From an uncultured Pelagibacteraceae bacterium (GTDB taxonomy: Bacteria > Pseudomonadota > Alphaproteobacteria > Pelagibacterales > Pelagibacteraceae): DNA of 64,000 nucleotides. Made by a program: the position numbers and the translations under genes. The notes under the pieces are model-generated. The model searched no databases. It had not been told where the DNA came from and saw only the letters and a list, made by a program, of their open reading frames with translations. The stretch covers positions 9,472-73,471 of the forward strand of contig CABZKL010000002.1 in assembly GCA_902526405.1 (NCBI GenBank). Direction: 5' to 3'. Shown piece after piece: positions 18,801-28,942 of the stretch (position 1 is the first letter of the stretch; the number at the start of each line of letters is the position of its first letter).

Positions 18801-19807
18801 AATACTTTTCCTTTGAATATTCCTGATGGTCTATAAAGTAATACTATTACAAGTATGGAAAATGAAACTGCAAATTTATAATCTGTTGATAAAAGCTGCA
18901 CTAAACTCTCAGGTTCCATACTTTCAGGCAGTATGTACATAAAAAACTTTTTATATGCATAGGTTAAAAATATCTCAGAAAAAGCAATTACATATCCTCC
19001 TAAAAATGCACCAAATGGATTTCCAATTCCACCTACAATAGCAGCTGCGAATATAGGAAGCATGTTATTAAAATAAGTGAACGGCTTGAAGCTTTTATCT
19101 AAACCGTATAATGCCCCTCCAATAGTTGCTAATATTCCAGCGATTATCCAAGTTATCATTACAATTTTTTTAGGGTCTATGCCTGAAAGTAAAGCTAAGT
19201 CTTCATTATCTGAATAAGCTTTCATGCTTTTACCTGTTTTAGTTTTATTTAAAAACCAAAACAGCAAAGATACTAATATGATTGTAACTAGCACTGTGAT
19301 TACTTGTGTTGATTTCAAAGCAAGCCCCTCATTAAATCCAGTCATCTCTTTGAACTCTCTAGCCTTAATTATAAATTTTTCACCATCAAAAAATCTTTGA
19401 TCTGAAGGCCCAATAATAATTCTAACTACTGCTTGGGTAACAAACATTACTCCGATACTAACCATAGCTAATTGAACTGGAGGACTTTTGTTCGTCCTAT
19501 AATATTTGAAAACGAACTTATCTATACTTAACATATAAAGGATCATAAAAAATATTCCAAATGGAATTGCTAATAAAGCTGTAGGCAAAACTCCTAAAGA
19601 AATCCCAAGTGATTGAAAATACCAAGTAAATAAAACTGTAATCATCGTTCCAAAAGACATCATGTCTCCAGTTGCAAAATTAGCAAATCTCAAAATTCCA
19701 TAAATAAGTGTAACAAATATTGCTCCCAAAGCTAATTGTGAACCATATGTTAAGGCTGGAATAAAAATATAATTTAGTAAAAGAATTAACGCATTAAGAA
19801 AGTCCAT
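18797..19807 (-). CDS. livH: Liv-family ABC permease (LivH-like)
   Basis: TLIYGILRFANFATGD, KTKTGKSMKA, AAIVGGIGNPFGA, YRPSGIF. Confidence 0.88.
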   Translation of the reverse strand: MDFLNALILLLNYIFIPALTYGSQLALGAIFVTLIYGILRFANFATGDMMSFGTMITVLFTWYFQSLGISLGVLPTALLAIPFGIFFMILYMLSIDKFVFKYYRTNKSPPVQLAMVSIGVMFVTQAVVRIIIGPSDQRFFDGEKFIIKAREFKEMTGFNEGLALKSTQVITVLVTIILVSLLFWFLNKTKTGKSMKAYSDNEDLALLSGIDPKKIVMITWIIAGILATIGGALYGLDKSFKPFTYFNNMLPIFAAAIVGGIGNPFGAFLGGYVIAFSEIFLTYAYKKFFMYILPESMEPESLVQLLSTDYKFAVSFSILVIVLLYRPSGIFKGKVL

Positions 19808-19808
19808 A

Positions 19809-20516
19809 TCAACCTCCTAGAAAAGAGCTTCTAACTCTTTTGTCGTTTAATAATTCTTTTCCAGTTCCTGAATAACGATTTTCTCCAGTTACTAAAACAT
19901 ATCCTCTATCAGATATACTTAAAGCTTGTTTAGCATTTTGCTCAACCATTAAGATTGCAACATTAGTTTTTTTAACTTTGACAATATGATCAAAAAGCTC
20001 ATCCATAACTATAGGTGAAACACCTGCAGTTGGTTCATCTAACATCAAAACTGTTGGTTTAATCATTAAAGCTCTTCCTAATGCAACTTGTTGTCTTTGT
20101 CCGCCAGATAATTCTCCAACCATTTGATCTCTTTTTTCTCTTAAAACAGGAAACAATTCATAAATTTCATCAATTATATTTTTTATTTCATTACTTAAAA
20201 GAAAAGCTCCCATTTCTAAATTTTCTTCAACAGTCATTCCTGAGAAAACATTTTTAGTTTGTGGCACAAATGAAATTCCTTCTTTAACTCTATCTTGCGG
20301 GGAGAGTTTTGATATATCTTTACCATCTATTTTTACTGCACCAGATTTTAGATTTAGTAAACCAAGCATCGCTTTCATAGCTGTGGACTTCCCAGCCCCA
20401 TTTGGACCTAGAATAGATACTATTTCTCCTTTGTTCACGTCTACTGAACAAGAATTAATAATATCTGGACCATTTCCATAGCCTCCAGTCATTTTTATTC
20501 CTTCAAAGTACGCCAT
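19809..20516 (-). CDS. livF: Liv-family ABC ATPase (LivF-like)
   Basis: GPNGAGKST, LSGGQRQ, LDEPTAG, MVEQNA, FLGG end. Confidence 0.9.
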   Translation of the reverse strand: MAYFEGIKMTGGYGNGPDIINSCSVDVNKGEIVSILGPNGAGKSTAMKAMLGLLNLKSGAVKIDGKDISKLSPQDRVKEGISFVPQTKNVFSGMTVEENLEMGAFLLSNEIKNIIDEIYELFPVLREKRDQMVGELSGGQRQQVALGRALMIKPTVLMLDEPTAGVSPIVMDELFDHIVKVKKTNVAILMVEQNAKQALSISDRGYVLVTGENRYSGTGKELLNDKRVRSSFLGG

Positions 20517-21304
20517 TAATTATTTTCCCTTAATTTTGATCCTCTACCAAGATAACTCTCAATAACTTTTTCATCTTTTTTTGCTTCCTCAACTGAACCT
20601 TCAAATAAAACAGATCCTTCAGCCATTACTATTACTGGATCACATAATCTTCCAATAAAGTCCATATCGTGCTCTATCATACAAAATGTATAACCTTTTT
20701 CTTTATTCAACTTTTCAATAGCTGTACCTAAATCTTTGAGCAAAGTTCTGTTAACACCTGCTCCAACTTCATCCAATAAAACTAATTTTGCATCAACCAT
20801 CATAGTTCTTCCAAGTTCAAGTAATTTTTTCTGTCCCCCAGAAAGATTTCCAGCAAGTTCATTGGATAAATGTTCAAGGTTTAAAAATTCAACTACTTCT
20901 TTTGCTTTTTCCTTAATTAAATTTTCTTCTTTAGCTACCAAACCCGGTTTAAATAATGCTGTAGTTAACTTTTCACCTGATTGATTTCCAGGAACCATCA
21001 TTAAATTTTCTAAAACAGATAAATTAGAAAATTCATGTGCAATCTGGAATGTTCTGAGTAATCCTTTTGAAAATAATTCAAATGAAGGTACATTTGTTAT
21101 ATTTTCGCTATCAAAAATTACTTCACCACCTGAAGATTTTAAATTTCCTGCAATCAAATTAAATAATGTTGTCTTACCAGATCCATTAGGTCCAATAATT
21201 CCTGTAATAGTACCTCTTGAAACTTTTAAAGAGCAATCTGAAACAGCCGCTAATCCCCCAAAGTATTTTGATAAATTTTTAATTTCTAAAATATTTTCTG
21301 ACAT
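20516..21304 (-). CDS. livG: Liv-family ABC ATPase (LivG-like)
   Basis: FGGLAAV, GPNGSGKTT, RTFQ, LSGGQKKLLE, IEHDM, VIESYLG. Confidence 0.9.
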   Translation of the reverse strand: MSENILEIKNLSKYFGGLAAVSDCSLKVSRGTITGIIGPNGSGKTTLFNLIAGNLKSSGGEVIFDSENITNVPSFELFSKGLLRTFQIAHEFSNLSVLENLMMVPGNQSGEKLTTALFKPGLVAKEENLIKEKAKEVVEFLNLEHLSNELAGNLSGGQKKLLELGRTMMVDAKLVLLDEVGAGVNRTLLKDLGTAIEKLNKEKGYTFCMIEHDMDFIGRLCDPVIVMAEGSVLFEGSVEEAKKDEKVIESYLGRGSKLRENN

Positions 21305-21309
21305 TCAGT

Positions 21310-22077
21310 CTATTTATTTAGTCTTCGATGAATGCTATTTAAAGTTTTTTCTAGTGATTTATAAAATCCAGCTTTTGATAACTCTTTAACACCTTGCTCG
21401 TTTAAACCTTTTGGAGTTTGAGACTCTTTTACCAAAAACTTTAAATTTTCTTTTGAATTATTAACTGCATCTTCAGATAAGGCTAAAAATAAAGATGTGA
21501 TATATTTTTGAGCATTATATCTTTTTACACCTCTTTTAACTAACCAATCAGTCATTACTCTTAATAATTCATAAAATGGAGCCATCATGCCAGAAGTTGT
21601 CCAAAAGTTAATTGAAGATTTTTCTTTTTTAATTTCAACAGTGGTTCCTAAATGATTAAAAAACTTCTTAACTTTAATATTAGGAGGGCAAATAGGTACT
21701 GGTCCTTTCTTAAACGAAATTGGTGGTAAAGGTATTGCTCTTACTATTTTTGCTTTCACTTTTATAGCTTTTTTTAATTGTGACAATGTAATGGTAGAAA
21801 TAAAACTTATTACTGTCTGTTTGGACTTGAATTTTAAGTCTTTAATAATTTTTTCTCCAACGCTTGGAGTTACTGATAAGAATACCCAATCTGATTGATC
21901 GACAATTTGCTGATTGGTTTTAGCAATGCTAATTTTTTTAAATTTTGCCTTTAAACCCTTAGCTATTTTTGTATTTCTTGGAGAAATAATTATTTTCTTA
22001 TAGGAAATTTTAGAAGTGCAAATTCCAGTAATTACTGAAGACGCTAATTTGCCAGTGCCAATAAATCCTAAATTCAT
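21310..22077 (-). CDS. proC: Pyrroline-5-carboxylate reductase
   Basis: GFIGTGKLA Rossmann motif, VRAIPLP, QTPKGLNEQG. Confidence 0.8.
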   Translation of the reverse strand: MNLGFIGTGKLASSVITGICTSKISYKKIIISPRNTKIAKGLKAKFKKISIAKTNQQIVDQSDWVFLSVTPSVGEKIIKDLKFKSKQTVISFISTITLSQLKKAIKVKAKIVRAIPLPPISFKKGPVPICPPNIKVKKFFNHLGTTVEIKKEKSSINFWTTSGMMAPFYELLRVMTDWLVKRGVKRYNAQKYITSLFLALSEDAVNNSKENLKFLVKESQTPKGLNEQGVKELSKAGFYKSLEKTLNSIHRRLNK

Positions 22078-22111
22078 AAAGTTTTGATTACTTTATATTG
22101 ATTATATTGAA

Positions 22112-23023
22112 TTAATTAACAAAAAAAGAGCCTCTAATTCTCAACAATTCCCTACTTAATTCTTTATTTTCTTTGAATGGTTTTCTTCCATGAAGCCAGA
22201 AATAATTATTAGCTATAACAGAATGACCTACTGGTAATTTAGTAATTATTTTATTTTTACTTTCCTCTAATGCATCAGATAATTTTTGTAAAAAATTTCC
22301 CTGTTCCATATTTTTAGGTTCTGGAAACTGATCTATGTATGAAATTTTAGGTCTTCCTTCTTTATCAAAAGAAAAAACTGGATGCTCTACCTTATAATCA
22401 ATATTTTTACTCTTAGGAGACCCCCAAATAAAATCTTGTTGACCAACAGGATCATTGGATAAATCATCACAATGCTCCCAATCATCTAAATGTAACATTG
22501 CAGTTTCACCACCTTGTACATTTTGTTCCTCTAGTTTAGTCATAACTAACCAATCTGTAACTTCCTTTACATATGTTCCGTCTGTATGTAAATCCATATT
22601 TCTGTAAGCTTTTCTTAAATAAGAGTCACTAGTATCTTCATGCTTTACATGAAATCTAGCATAGTATTTTCCTGCCATTGAATCATGATTTGGAATTCCA
22701 ATAAGGTGAGCAATAGCAGTAGACAATTTTACTAAAAATTTATCGTTAGTTTTTGTTGAAATATTTTTAGGACCAATAATAAAGCAACCGGTTGATCTAT
22801 CTCGGAGTATCGAATTGATTAATTTACTTAGTTTATTGTTAGTTAAATCATCAAGACTTTTCGCAATTGTAAATCTAGTAAATGGTTTAAGTTCTAGCGC
22901 AGTAAGATCAAATTTATTAAAAGGAAAAATTAATTTTTTTACAATATCATCATCTAATTGAATGTTTAATATTCTACCAGAGTCTTTGTGGTTTTGAACT
23001 TCTATGCCCTCAATTTTTTCCAT
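22112..23023 (-). CDS. glaH: Glutarate 2-hydroxylase (CsiD/GlaH), Fe(II)/2-oxoglutarate dioxygenase
   Basis: LELKPFTRF, YYARFHVKHEDTSDSYLRKAY, LHTDGTYVKE, LHLDDW, FWLHGR. Confidence 0.88.
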   Translation of the reverse strand: MEKIEGIEVQNHKDSGRILNIQLDDDIVKKLIFPFNKFDLTALELKPFTRFTIAKSLDDLTNNKLSKLINSILRDRSTGCFIIGPKNISTKTNDKFLVKLSTAIAHLIGIPNHDSMAGKYYARFHVKHEDTSDSYLRKAYRNMDLHTDGTYVKEVTDWLVMTKLEEQNVQGGETAMLHLDDWEHCDDLSNDPVGQQDFIWGSPKSKNIDYKVEHPVFSFDKEGRPKISYIDQFPEPKNMEQGNFLQKLSDALEESKNKIITKLPVGHSVIANNYFWLHGRKPFKENKELSRELLRIRGSFFVN

Positions 23024-23063
23024 ACTAAATTTTAAATTAACTTAAATAATAAATCAATTTGAA

Positions 23064-23387
23064 TTAAAAATAATTATTAATGGCTGCCATACATAAGGCA
23101 GAAAAAACTGTAGGATAAACATAATTTTGTTTAGACACAAAGAATACAACTAATGACAATACGACAACAAATATTCTACTTAAATAACTTGCGTCAATAA
23201 GAACACCGGCAGGAAAAATAATTGTTCTAGCAATTAGTGCTGCTAAAGTTGCATAGGCTAAACAATTAAACCATTTAAATAATTTTGAAGTTTCTTTAAT
23301 TCCCTGTGAGCTTACGGCTCCAAGAAATCTTGAAATAAAGGTTGCTAATGATGTAACTAAAATTGCATAAAAAATACTAACTGACAT
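23064..23387 (-). CDS. azlD: AzlD-family membrane protein
   Basis: Small hydrophobic protein (ATFISRFLG, YATLAALIA) overlapping azlC. Confidence 0.7.
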   Translation of the reverse strand: MSVSIFYAILVTSLATFISRFLGAVSSQGIKETSKLFKWFNCLAYATLAALIARTIIFPAGVLIDASYLSRIFVVVLSLVVFFVSKQNYVYPTVFSALCMAAINNYF

Positions 23388-24081
23388 TTAATTCTCCTAT
23401 GAGATATGCAATTGTTCCACCAATTATGCCTCCAAGTAAAATAGACCATTCTGGTGATAAAAAGTAAAAAATTGGTCCTAATATTGTTCCAAGTATAACC
23501 GACAATGTAATTTGAGTTGTTTTTGAGGCCCCCACCATCATACATAAAAAATATACTGGATTTAAAATAGCTAACCCCATCATCATATCTTTATTTAAAT
23601 ACTCTGAAAAATAAAAACCTATAAAAGTACCTAAAACTGCTACGCTCCAGGTTGCGCTACCTATCCCAATCCAAAAATCAATTCTTTGTTTTTTAGGAAT
23701 TGTCTTATAGTTACTTTTCATTATCAACCAAGCAGATACAGCAATGAAATGACACGAAAAGTAGTATTTCCATTTAGGTTGATTTTTATGCATCATTAGT
23801 GGAAACAAAGAAACTGCCATTGGATAAAGCCTCGCATTAACAAACCATACTGCTAAAAAAATATTTAATAATGATGCTCCGACTAATAATGACTCCGCCA
23901 TTACTAATGAACCTGGCAAAGCATAAGTTAACATTGTAGAAAAGATACTTTCTTGAATGTTAAATCCTAAATTTTTGAGTAAAGCTCCTATAGCAACGAA
24001 ACAACAACCCAAAGCAATTGCAGGACTGTCGGGTGCGAGAATTGATTTATATCCCTTAAAGAAAAACTCCTTATTAATCAT
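23377..24081 (-). CDS. azlC: AzlC-family amino acid exporter
   Basis: YALPGSLV, FVNARLYPM, WSVAVLGTFIG; multi-TM. Confidence 0.75.
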   Translation of the reverse strand: MINKEFFFKGYKSILAPDSPAIALGCCFVAIGALLKNLGFNIQESIFSTMLTYALPGSLVMAESLLVGASLLNIFLAVWFVNARLYPMAVSLFPLMMHKNQPKWKYYFSCHFIAVSAWLIMKSNYKTIPKKQRIDFWIGIGSATWSVAVLGTFIGFYFSEYLNKDMMMGLAILNPVYFLCMMVGASKTTQITLSVILGTILGPIFYFLSPEWSILLGGIIGGTIAYLIGELNVS

Positions 24082-24866
24082 TAGCCACCAAGGAAGAGTC
24101 GACCAACATCAGGATTTTTAAGTAAATCATCTCCTTTGCCAGCGATAGCAGTTTCACCAGATACTAAGACGTATCCTATATCTGCAAACTCTAATCCTTT
24201 TTTAGCATTTTGTTCAACAAGAATGATTGTTTTTTTTTCATTTTCCTGAAGATCTCTTAAAATTTCAAAAACCATTTCAATGTATCTTGGTTCTAATCCA
24301 ATCGAAGGCTCGTCGACCAATAAAACTGATGGTTTCATAACAAGGGCTCTTGAAATTTCTAATAATCTTCTCTCTCCCCCTGATAAAACTTTTGCAGGCT
24401 GATTTCTTCTATTTCTTAGTCTTTCATATTTATCAAGGATTCTTTCAGCTTCTTGATAAGACTCATCAGTATTTTCTTTAATGTATCCGCCCATTAATAA
24501 GTTTTCCTCAACTGTCATATCAGGAAATACCGAATTATCTTGAAGTATATAAGCTATTCCAACAGATTTTAATTTTTCTGCTGGTGTTAAATTTGTAATT
24601 TCTTTGCCATCAATTTCTATTTGGCCTGAAAAAATATTTGTAAATCCATAAATAGAATGCAAAATTGTGGATTTCCCTGCACCGTTAGGTCCTATTAAAC
24701 ATAAAGACTGTGCCTTGTTAACAAATAAATCAAAATTATGCAAAATTTCCATTTTTCCATAACCAGCATTTAAACCTTTAATTGTTAAATGTATTTCATT
24801 TGGTGATAATTTTTTTAAATCTTCTGGGCCAGGAGCTTTTCCTAATACTTCATATTGATTTGACAT
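24081..24866 (-). CDS. livF: Liv-family ABC ATPase (LivF-like), second system
   Basis: GPNGAGKST, LSGGERRLLE, VDEPSIGL, VEQNA. Confidence 0.88.
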   Translation of the reverse strand: MSNQYEVLGKAPGPEDLKKLSPNEIHLTIKGLNAGYGKMEILHNFDLFVNKAQSLCLIGPNGAGKSTILHSIYGFTNIFSGQIEIDGKEITNLTPAEKLKSVGIAYILQDNSVFPDMTVEENLLMGGYIKENTDESYQEAERILDKYERLRNRRNQPAKVLSGGERRLLEISRALVMKPSVLLVDEPSIGLEPRYIEMVFEILRDLQENEKKTIILVEQNAKKGLEFADIGYVLVSGETAIAGKGDDLLKNPDVGRLFLGG

Positions 24867-25606
24867 TATTGAGCCCCTAAATACGCGTCTATTACACGTT
24901 TATCATTTTTAATTTCGTTAGGAGTACCATTTGCCAACATTTTTCCATGTGCTAAACAGAAAATATTTTCAGCCAGTTGCATGATTACTCTCATATTGTG
25001 CTCTATAACTAAAAGAGTAATTCCAAAATCTTGGTTAACTTTAATTAACCTATCTATAATTCCATTAATTAATGTTGGATTAATCCCAGCCGTTGGCTCA
25101 TCTAATAATAGCATTTCTGGCTCATTCATTAATGCCATCGCTAGTTCTAATAATTTTTGCTGTCCGAAAGATAGGTCACCTGCTCTCAAATTTCTTTTTT
25201 GATATAAACCAACAAAATTTAATAAATTTTCTGCCTTTTCTGTTAGTTCTTTAGGAATTGTTGAAAAGATCTTCATTAAACTCTCATCACTGCCTTTGTG
25301 ACTAATGAGCATATTTTCTACGCAATTAAGCTTTCCATAAATTCGAGTTTGTTGAAAAGTTCTTAACAATCCAAGTTTTGCAATAACTGGTACAGGTAGT
25401 TCTGAGACCTCTTTATCATTAAACTTAATTGAACCATTATCAATTGGGTATGTCCCAACTATCGAATTAAATAATGTTGTTTTACCAGATCCATTAGGTC
25501 CAATTAATCCAACAATTCTACCCTTTTCAACATTCATTGAAATATCGACATTAGCTTTAACACCGCCAAATGATTTACTTACGTTGCTTACTTCTAAAAT
25601 ACTCAT
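24866..25606 (-). CDS. livG: Liv-family ABC ATPase (LivG-like), second system
   Basis: GPNGSGKTT, RTFQ, LSFGQQKLLE, IEHNM, VIDAYLG. Confidence 0.88.
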   Translation of the reverse strand: MSILEVSNVSKSFGGVKANVDISMNVEKGRIVGLIGPNGSGKTTLFNSIVGTYPIDNGSIKFNDKEVSELPVPVIAKLGLLRTFQQTRIYGKLNCVENMLISHKGSDESLMKIFSTIPKELTEKAENLLNFVGLYQKRNLRAGDLSFGQQKLLELAMALMNEPEMLLLDEPTAGINPTLINGIIDRLIKVNQDFGITLLVIEHNMRVIMQLAENIFCLAHGKMLANGTPNEIKNDKRVIDAYLGAQ

Positions 25607-26661
25607 TTAAGCTCCACCTGTGCCTTACGATCTTTTTCATCCACAACTTCACCAAATCGCTCAGGATATTTTTCTCTTAACCATCCCATTATCCCCTCTG
25701 GGAAATAAATAACGATAACTACAATTAAAACTCCTAATGCAACATACTGCCAACCTAAGAAGAAAGTCCAAAAACCCTCTTTAAAGATATGAAACACGGT
25801 TGCGCCAATTATTGGTCCCCAAAGAGTTCCTTTCCCTCCTAAGATTGCCATTAAAACCATGAAAACTCCCATCTCTCTTCCATCAAATGCGACGTCTGTT
25901 GAGTCAATATATCCAACTAAACCTCCCATGATCCCTCCTGCAAGACCACAAAAGAAAGCTGATATCATCCAACCAACTATTTTATACTTCATAGTTTCAA
26001 TTCCCATAGCCTCAGCTTTATCTTCATTGTCTCTAATTGCATTTAGTATTAATTTAAATCTAGTTGAGTAAATTCCTCTCACAGCTATGAAAGTCAGTAC
26101 TAAAACAAAAAAGCTTAAGAAATAGAAAAATTCACCTCTCGAATCTAAAGATCCAACATCGGGAAATGGTGGTGTAGTGAAACCTTGTCCTGCTCCAATG
26201 ATTTCAATTCCTCCTGAAATCTCCCCGGCTGCAACTCCTAATCCTAATGTACAAATGGCAAAATAATGCCCTCTAAGTCCTAAAATAGAATATCCAATTA
26301 AACCAGCCACAATAGTTGGTACAACTGCTGCAACGATTAATCCAAAAGCCATTCCTTGAAAAAATTGTGCAGGAGTATGAACAAATGTTTTCTCACCACC
26401 GCTTTCCGTCCACTCGGCTAACGGGAAAAACATTCCAACTTGAACGGAAGCACACAGATACATTCCAAGTCCATAAAATAAAATATTACCAAAAGAATTA
26501 TAGCCCATTTCACCACCTTGAATATTCCACGTGGTGGCTAAAACTATTAAAACACAAAGAATTGATAGTTGTACTTTAAAAGCCGGAAATATAAATGGAG
26601 CGGCTATACCAAAAGTTAATATTCCAATATATAAAATTAAATTATTTTTGCTGATACTCAT
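25603..26661 (-). CDS. livM: Liv-family ABC permease (LivM-like), second system
   Basis: WNIQGGEMGYNSFG, LRGHYFAICTL, AIRDNEDKA, LGGKGTLWGP, PEGIMG. Confidence 0.86.
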   Translation of the reverse strand: MSISKNNLILYIGILTFGIAAPFIFPAFKVQLSILCVLIVLATTWNIQGGEMGYNSFGNILFYGLGMYLCASVQVGMFFPLAEWTESGGEKTFVHTPAQFFQGMAFGLIVAAVVPTIVAGLIGYSILGLRGHYFAICTLGLGVAAGEISGGIEIIGAGQGFTTPPFPDVGSLDSRGEFFYFLSFFVLVLTFIAVRGIYSTRFKLILNAIRDNEDKAEAMGIETMKYKIVGWMISAFFCGLAGGIMGGLVGYIDSTDVAFDGREMGVFMVLMAILGGKGTLWGPIIGATVFHIFKEGFWTFFLGWQYVALGVLIVVIVIYFPEGIMGWLREKYPERFGEVVDEKDRKAQVELK

Positions 26662-27551
26662 TTTAAATACTCTCTTTTTCTCGAAAGTTTAAATCTTCTG
26701 TAAACAAGTATTAAAACTAACAATAAAAATACCGACCCAATTCTAAATTCTGTACCAAGTATGTAATCTGCAAATTCTTCAAATACACCTAAACCCATTC
26801 CTGACATTGCAACACCAGGTAAGTTTCCTAATCCTGCAACAATAACGATCATAAATGATCGAATTGTATAAGGTAATCCCATATAAGGGTGAATTGTAAA
26901 AGTAATTGAAATTAGTGCTCCAGCAACACCACAAAGAGCTGCATTAATTCCAAAAGTTGCTGCATAAACTTTTTCTGTATCAACACCTAAAATCTTTGCC
27001 GCTCTTGCATTTTGGGCTGTAGCTCTAATTGCACGACCAAGCTTAGATTTTTTCATGTAAATTACTAAACAAATTGCGAATAAAATGCTTATAAAAGCTG
27101 AAAATATTTTTGAATTTGGTAACACTACATTGCTGTTAAATAACATAGTTGTTCCATAATCTGAGTTTGCAAGAACAACATCGGCTCCAAATGCAAAGTT
27201 CATTAATTGCATGAACAGAATACTTATTCCAAATGTGGCTAAGATAGATATAAATAAATCTCTATCGACTACTTTATTAATTACAAGTTTGTAAATTGCT
27301 ATACCTACAAAGAACATTATTATTGGTGACACAATAACTCCCCATGCTGGGTGAATGCCGTAAAGATACATAAAATAAGCAATGTATCCTCCTAAAATAA
27401 CCAGATCTCCTTGAGCAATATTAATTATATTCATTACTCCCCATTGAAGAGCCATACCATAAGCAATCAATGCAAATAAAATTCCAAGTAAAATTCCATC
27501 CAAACATGCTTGAACAGAAATCATTGGATATTGGAAAACCATGAAATCCAT
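26658..27551 (-). CDS. livH: Liv-family ABC permease (LivH-like), second system
   Basis: WGVMNIINIAQGD, KLGRAIRATAQN, AGLGNLPG. Confidence 0.86.
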   Translation of the reverse strand: MDFMVFQYPMISVQACLDGILLGILFALIAYGMALQWGVMNIINIAQGDLVILGGYIAYFMYLYGIHPAWGVIVSPIIMFFVGIAIYKLVINKVVDRDLFISILATFGISILFMQLMNFAFGADVVLANSDYGTTMLFNSNVVLPNSKIFSAFISILFAICLVIYMKKSKLGRAIRATAQNARAAKILGVDTEKVYAATFGINAALCGVAGALISITFTIHPYMGLPYTIRSFMIVIVAGLGNLPGVAMSGMGLGVFEEFADYILGTEFRIGSVFLLLVLILVYRRFKLSRKREYLK

Positions 27552-27563
27552 AATGAATCCTAT

Positions 27564-27603
27564 AAAAAAATACCCCCTATATATATTATATTAGGGGGTA
27601 TTT
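27564..27603 (-). terminator. Intrinsic terminator or stabilising hairpin after the binding-protein gene
   Basis: AAATACCCCCTA(27568-27579)/TAGGGGGTATTT(27592-27603) inverted repeat, with T7 on the minus strand. Confidence 0.8.
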
Positions 27604-27614
27604 ATAGATTTGTT

Positions 27615-28853
27615 TTATCTTTGAGACCACGAAGGAATTGGGTGAATCAATTTAGCTGAAGCCCATTTAGTTGGAGCTACAACTTTGTTTTCACATTTTC
27701 CTCCATCATCACACATAACTTGGAAAAGTACCATTGGCTTATCAACATTCTGACCACCTTCAGCAAATTTAATGTTTCCATAAAAAGTTTGCATGTTAGT
27801 AGCTGCAAGAGCATCTCTTACTTTCTTTTGATCAAAAGAATTTGCTCTTTCAAATGCATCTTTAAACACCAATAGAGCAGCTGATGACTCTGCTGCTTGA
27901 TATGGTGGTGCATAACCGAACTCTTTAGTAAAGTCTGCATCATAAGTCATACCATCTTTAAAGAAGTCATCTTTATAAGTAAGTGTTTTATGCCACTGAG
28001 AAGCGCATAAAGCATATTGTGAGTTTTTACCATGTTGTTTTGATAATTTAGCGGCATCACAATGTGTCATAGCTAACATTGGAACATCTACTTTCATTTC
28101 AGAAATTTGTCTGATAGCAGTTAGAGCACCTTTTGTATGACCTGAAACAACTAAAACATCTGGTTTCATTTGCTTCACTTTTACTAAAGTTGCTGCCATA
28201 TCATTTAACTCTTTTGGCAATTTATCATCAATTACCTTTTTAGAGCCAGTTCTTTTAATTGCATCTAAAACTCCAAGTCTTACGTCTTGTGAAAACGCAT
28301 CTTGCTCAAATGCCATTGCAACTGTTACACCTTTTCCATTATTCTTTTCAACTGCTAAATCTATAGCAACATCAAGATATAAGTTAGCTGGAGCTAATAC
28401 AGCAAATAGATATTTGTAACCTTTTGTAAACAAAGATCTGGATGCACCATTTGCTTCAACCATTGGAACACCGTACTTTTCTGTAACTGGTGCTATCGCT
28501 TTAGTTAAACCTGAACTGTATGGACCAAGCATAAACTCAACACCATCTTGTGAAATTAATCTTTCAGCAAGTTGAGCTGCTCTTTTTGGGTTTGACTCAT
28601 CATCGTAATAGATAATATCAAACTTATAAGTTTTACCACCAACTTTAACACCACCCATGCTGTTAATTCTATCAACGGCCATGTTATAACCATTTTGAGT
28701 ATGAACACCATTAGAAGAGTATTTACCAGTTAATGAAATTGCTGCACCTAAAACAATTTTATCTCCTACAACTTTCGCGAAAGATACGACTGATGTTGAT
28801 AATAAAATTACAGCTGCAGAAATAAAACTTATAATTATTTTATTTATTTTCAT
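27615..28853 (-). CDS. LivJ-fold ABC substrate-binding protein, second system (ligand uncertain, possibly dicarboxylates)
   Basis: Signal peptide, LGAAISLTGKY, YYDDESNP, LGPYSSGLT, TFYGNIKF; SD GAGGA. Confidence 0.85.
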   Translation of the reverse strand: MKINKIIISFISAAVILLSTSVVSFAKVVGDKIVLGAAISLTGKYSSNGVHTQNGYNMAVDRINSMGGVKVGGKTYKFDIIYYDDESNPKRAAQLAERLISQDGVEFMLGPYSSGLTKAIAPVTEKYGVPMVEANGASRSLFTKGYKYLFAVLAPANLYLDVAIDLAVEKNNGKGVTVAMAFEQDAFSQDVRLGVLDAIKRTGSKKVIDDKLPKELNDMAATLVKVKQMKPDVLVVSGHTKGALTAIRQISEMKVDVPMLAMTHCDAAKLSKQHGKNSQYALCASQWHKTLTYKDDFFKDGMTYDADFTKEFGYAPPYQAAESSAALLVFKDAFERANSFDQKKVRDALAATNMQTFYGNIKFAEGGQNVDKPMVLFQVMCDDGGKCENKVVAPTKWASAKLIHPIPSWSQR

Positions 28854-28942
28854 TTTATTTCCTCTAGTTATTAATTAATTAATAGATAATTTAATAAAGA
28901 AACTCAGTTAATTGCAAGAGGCAATAAAGACCGCAGATTTTA

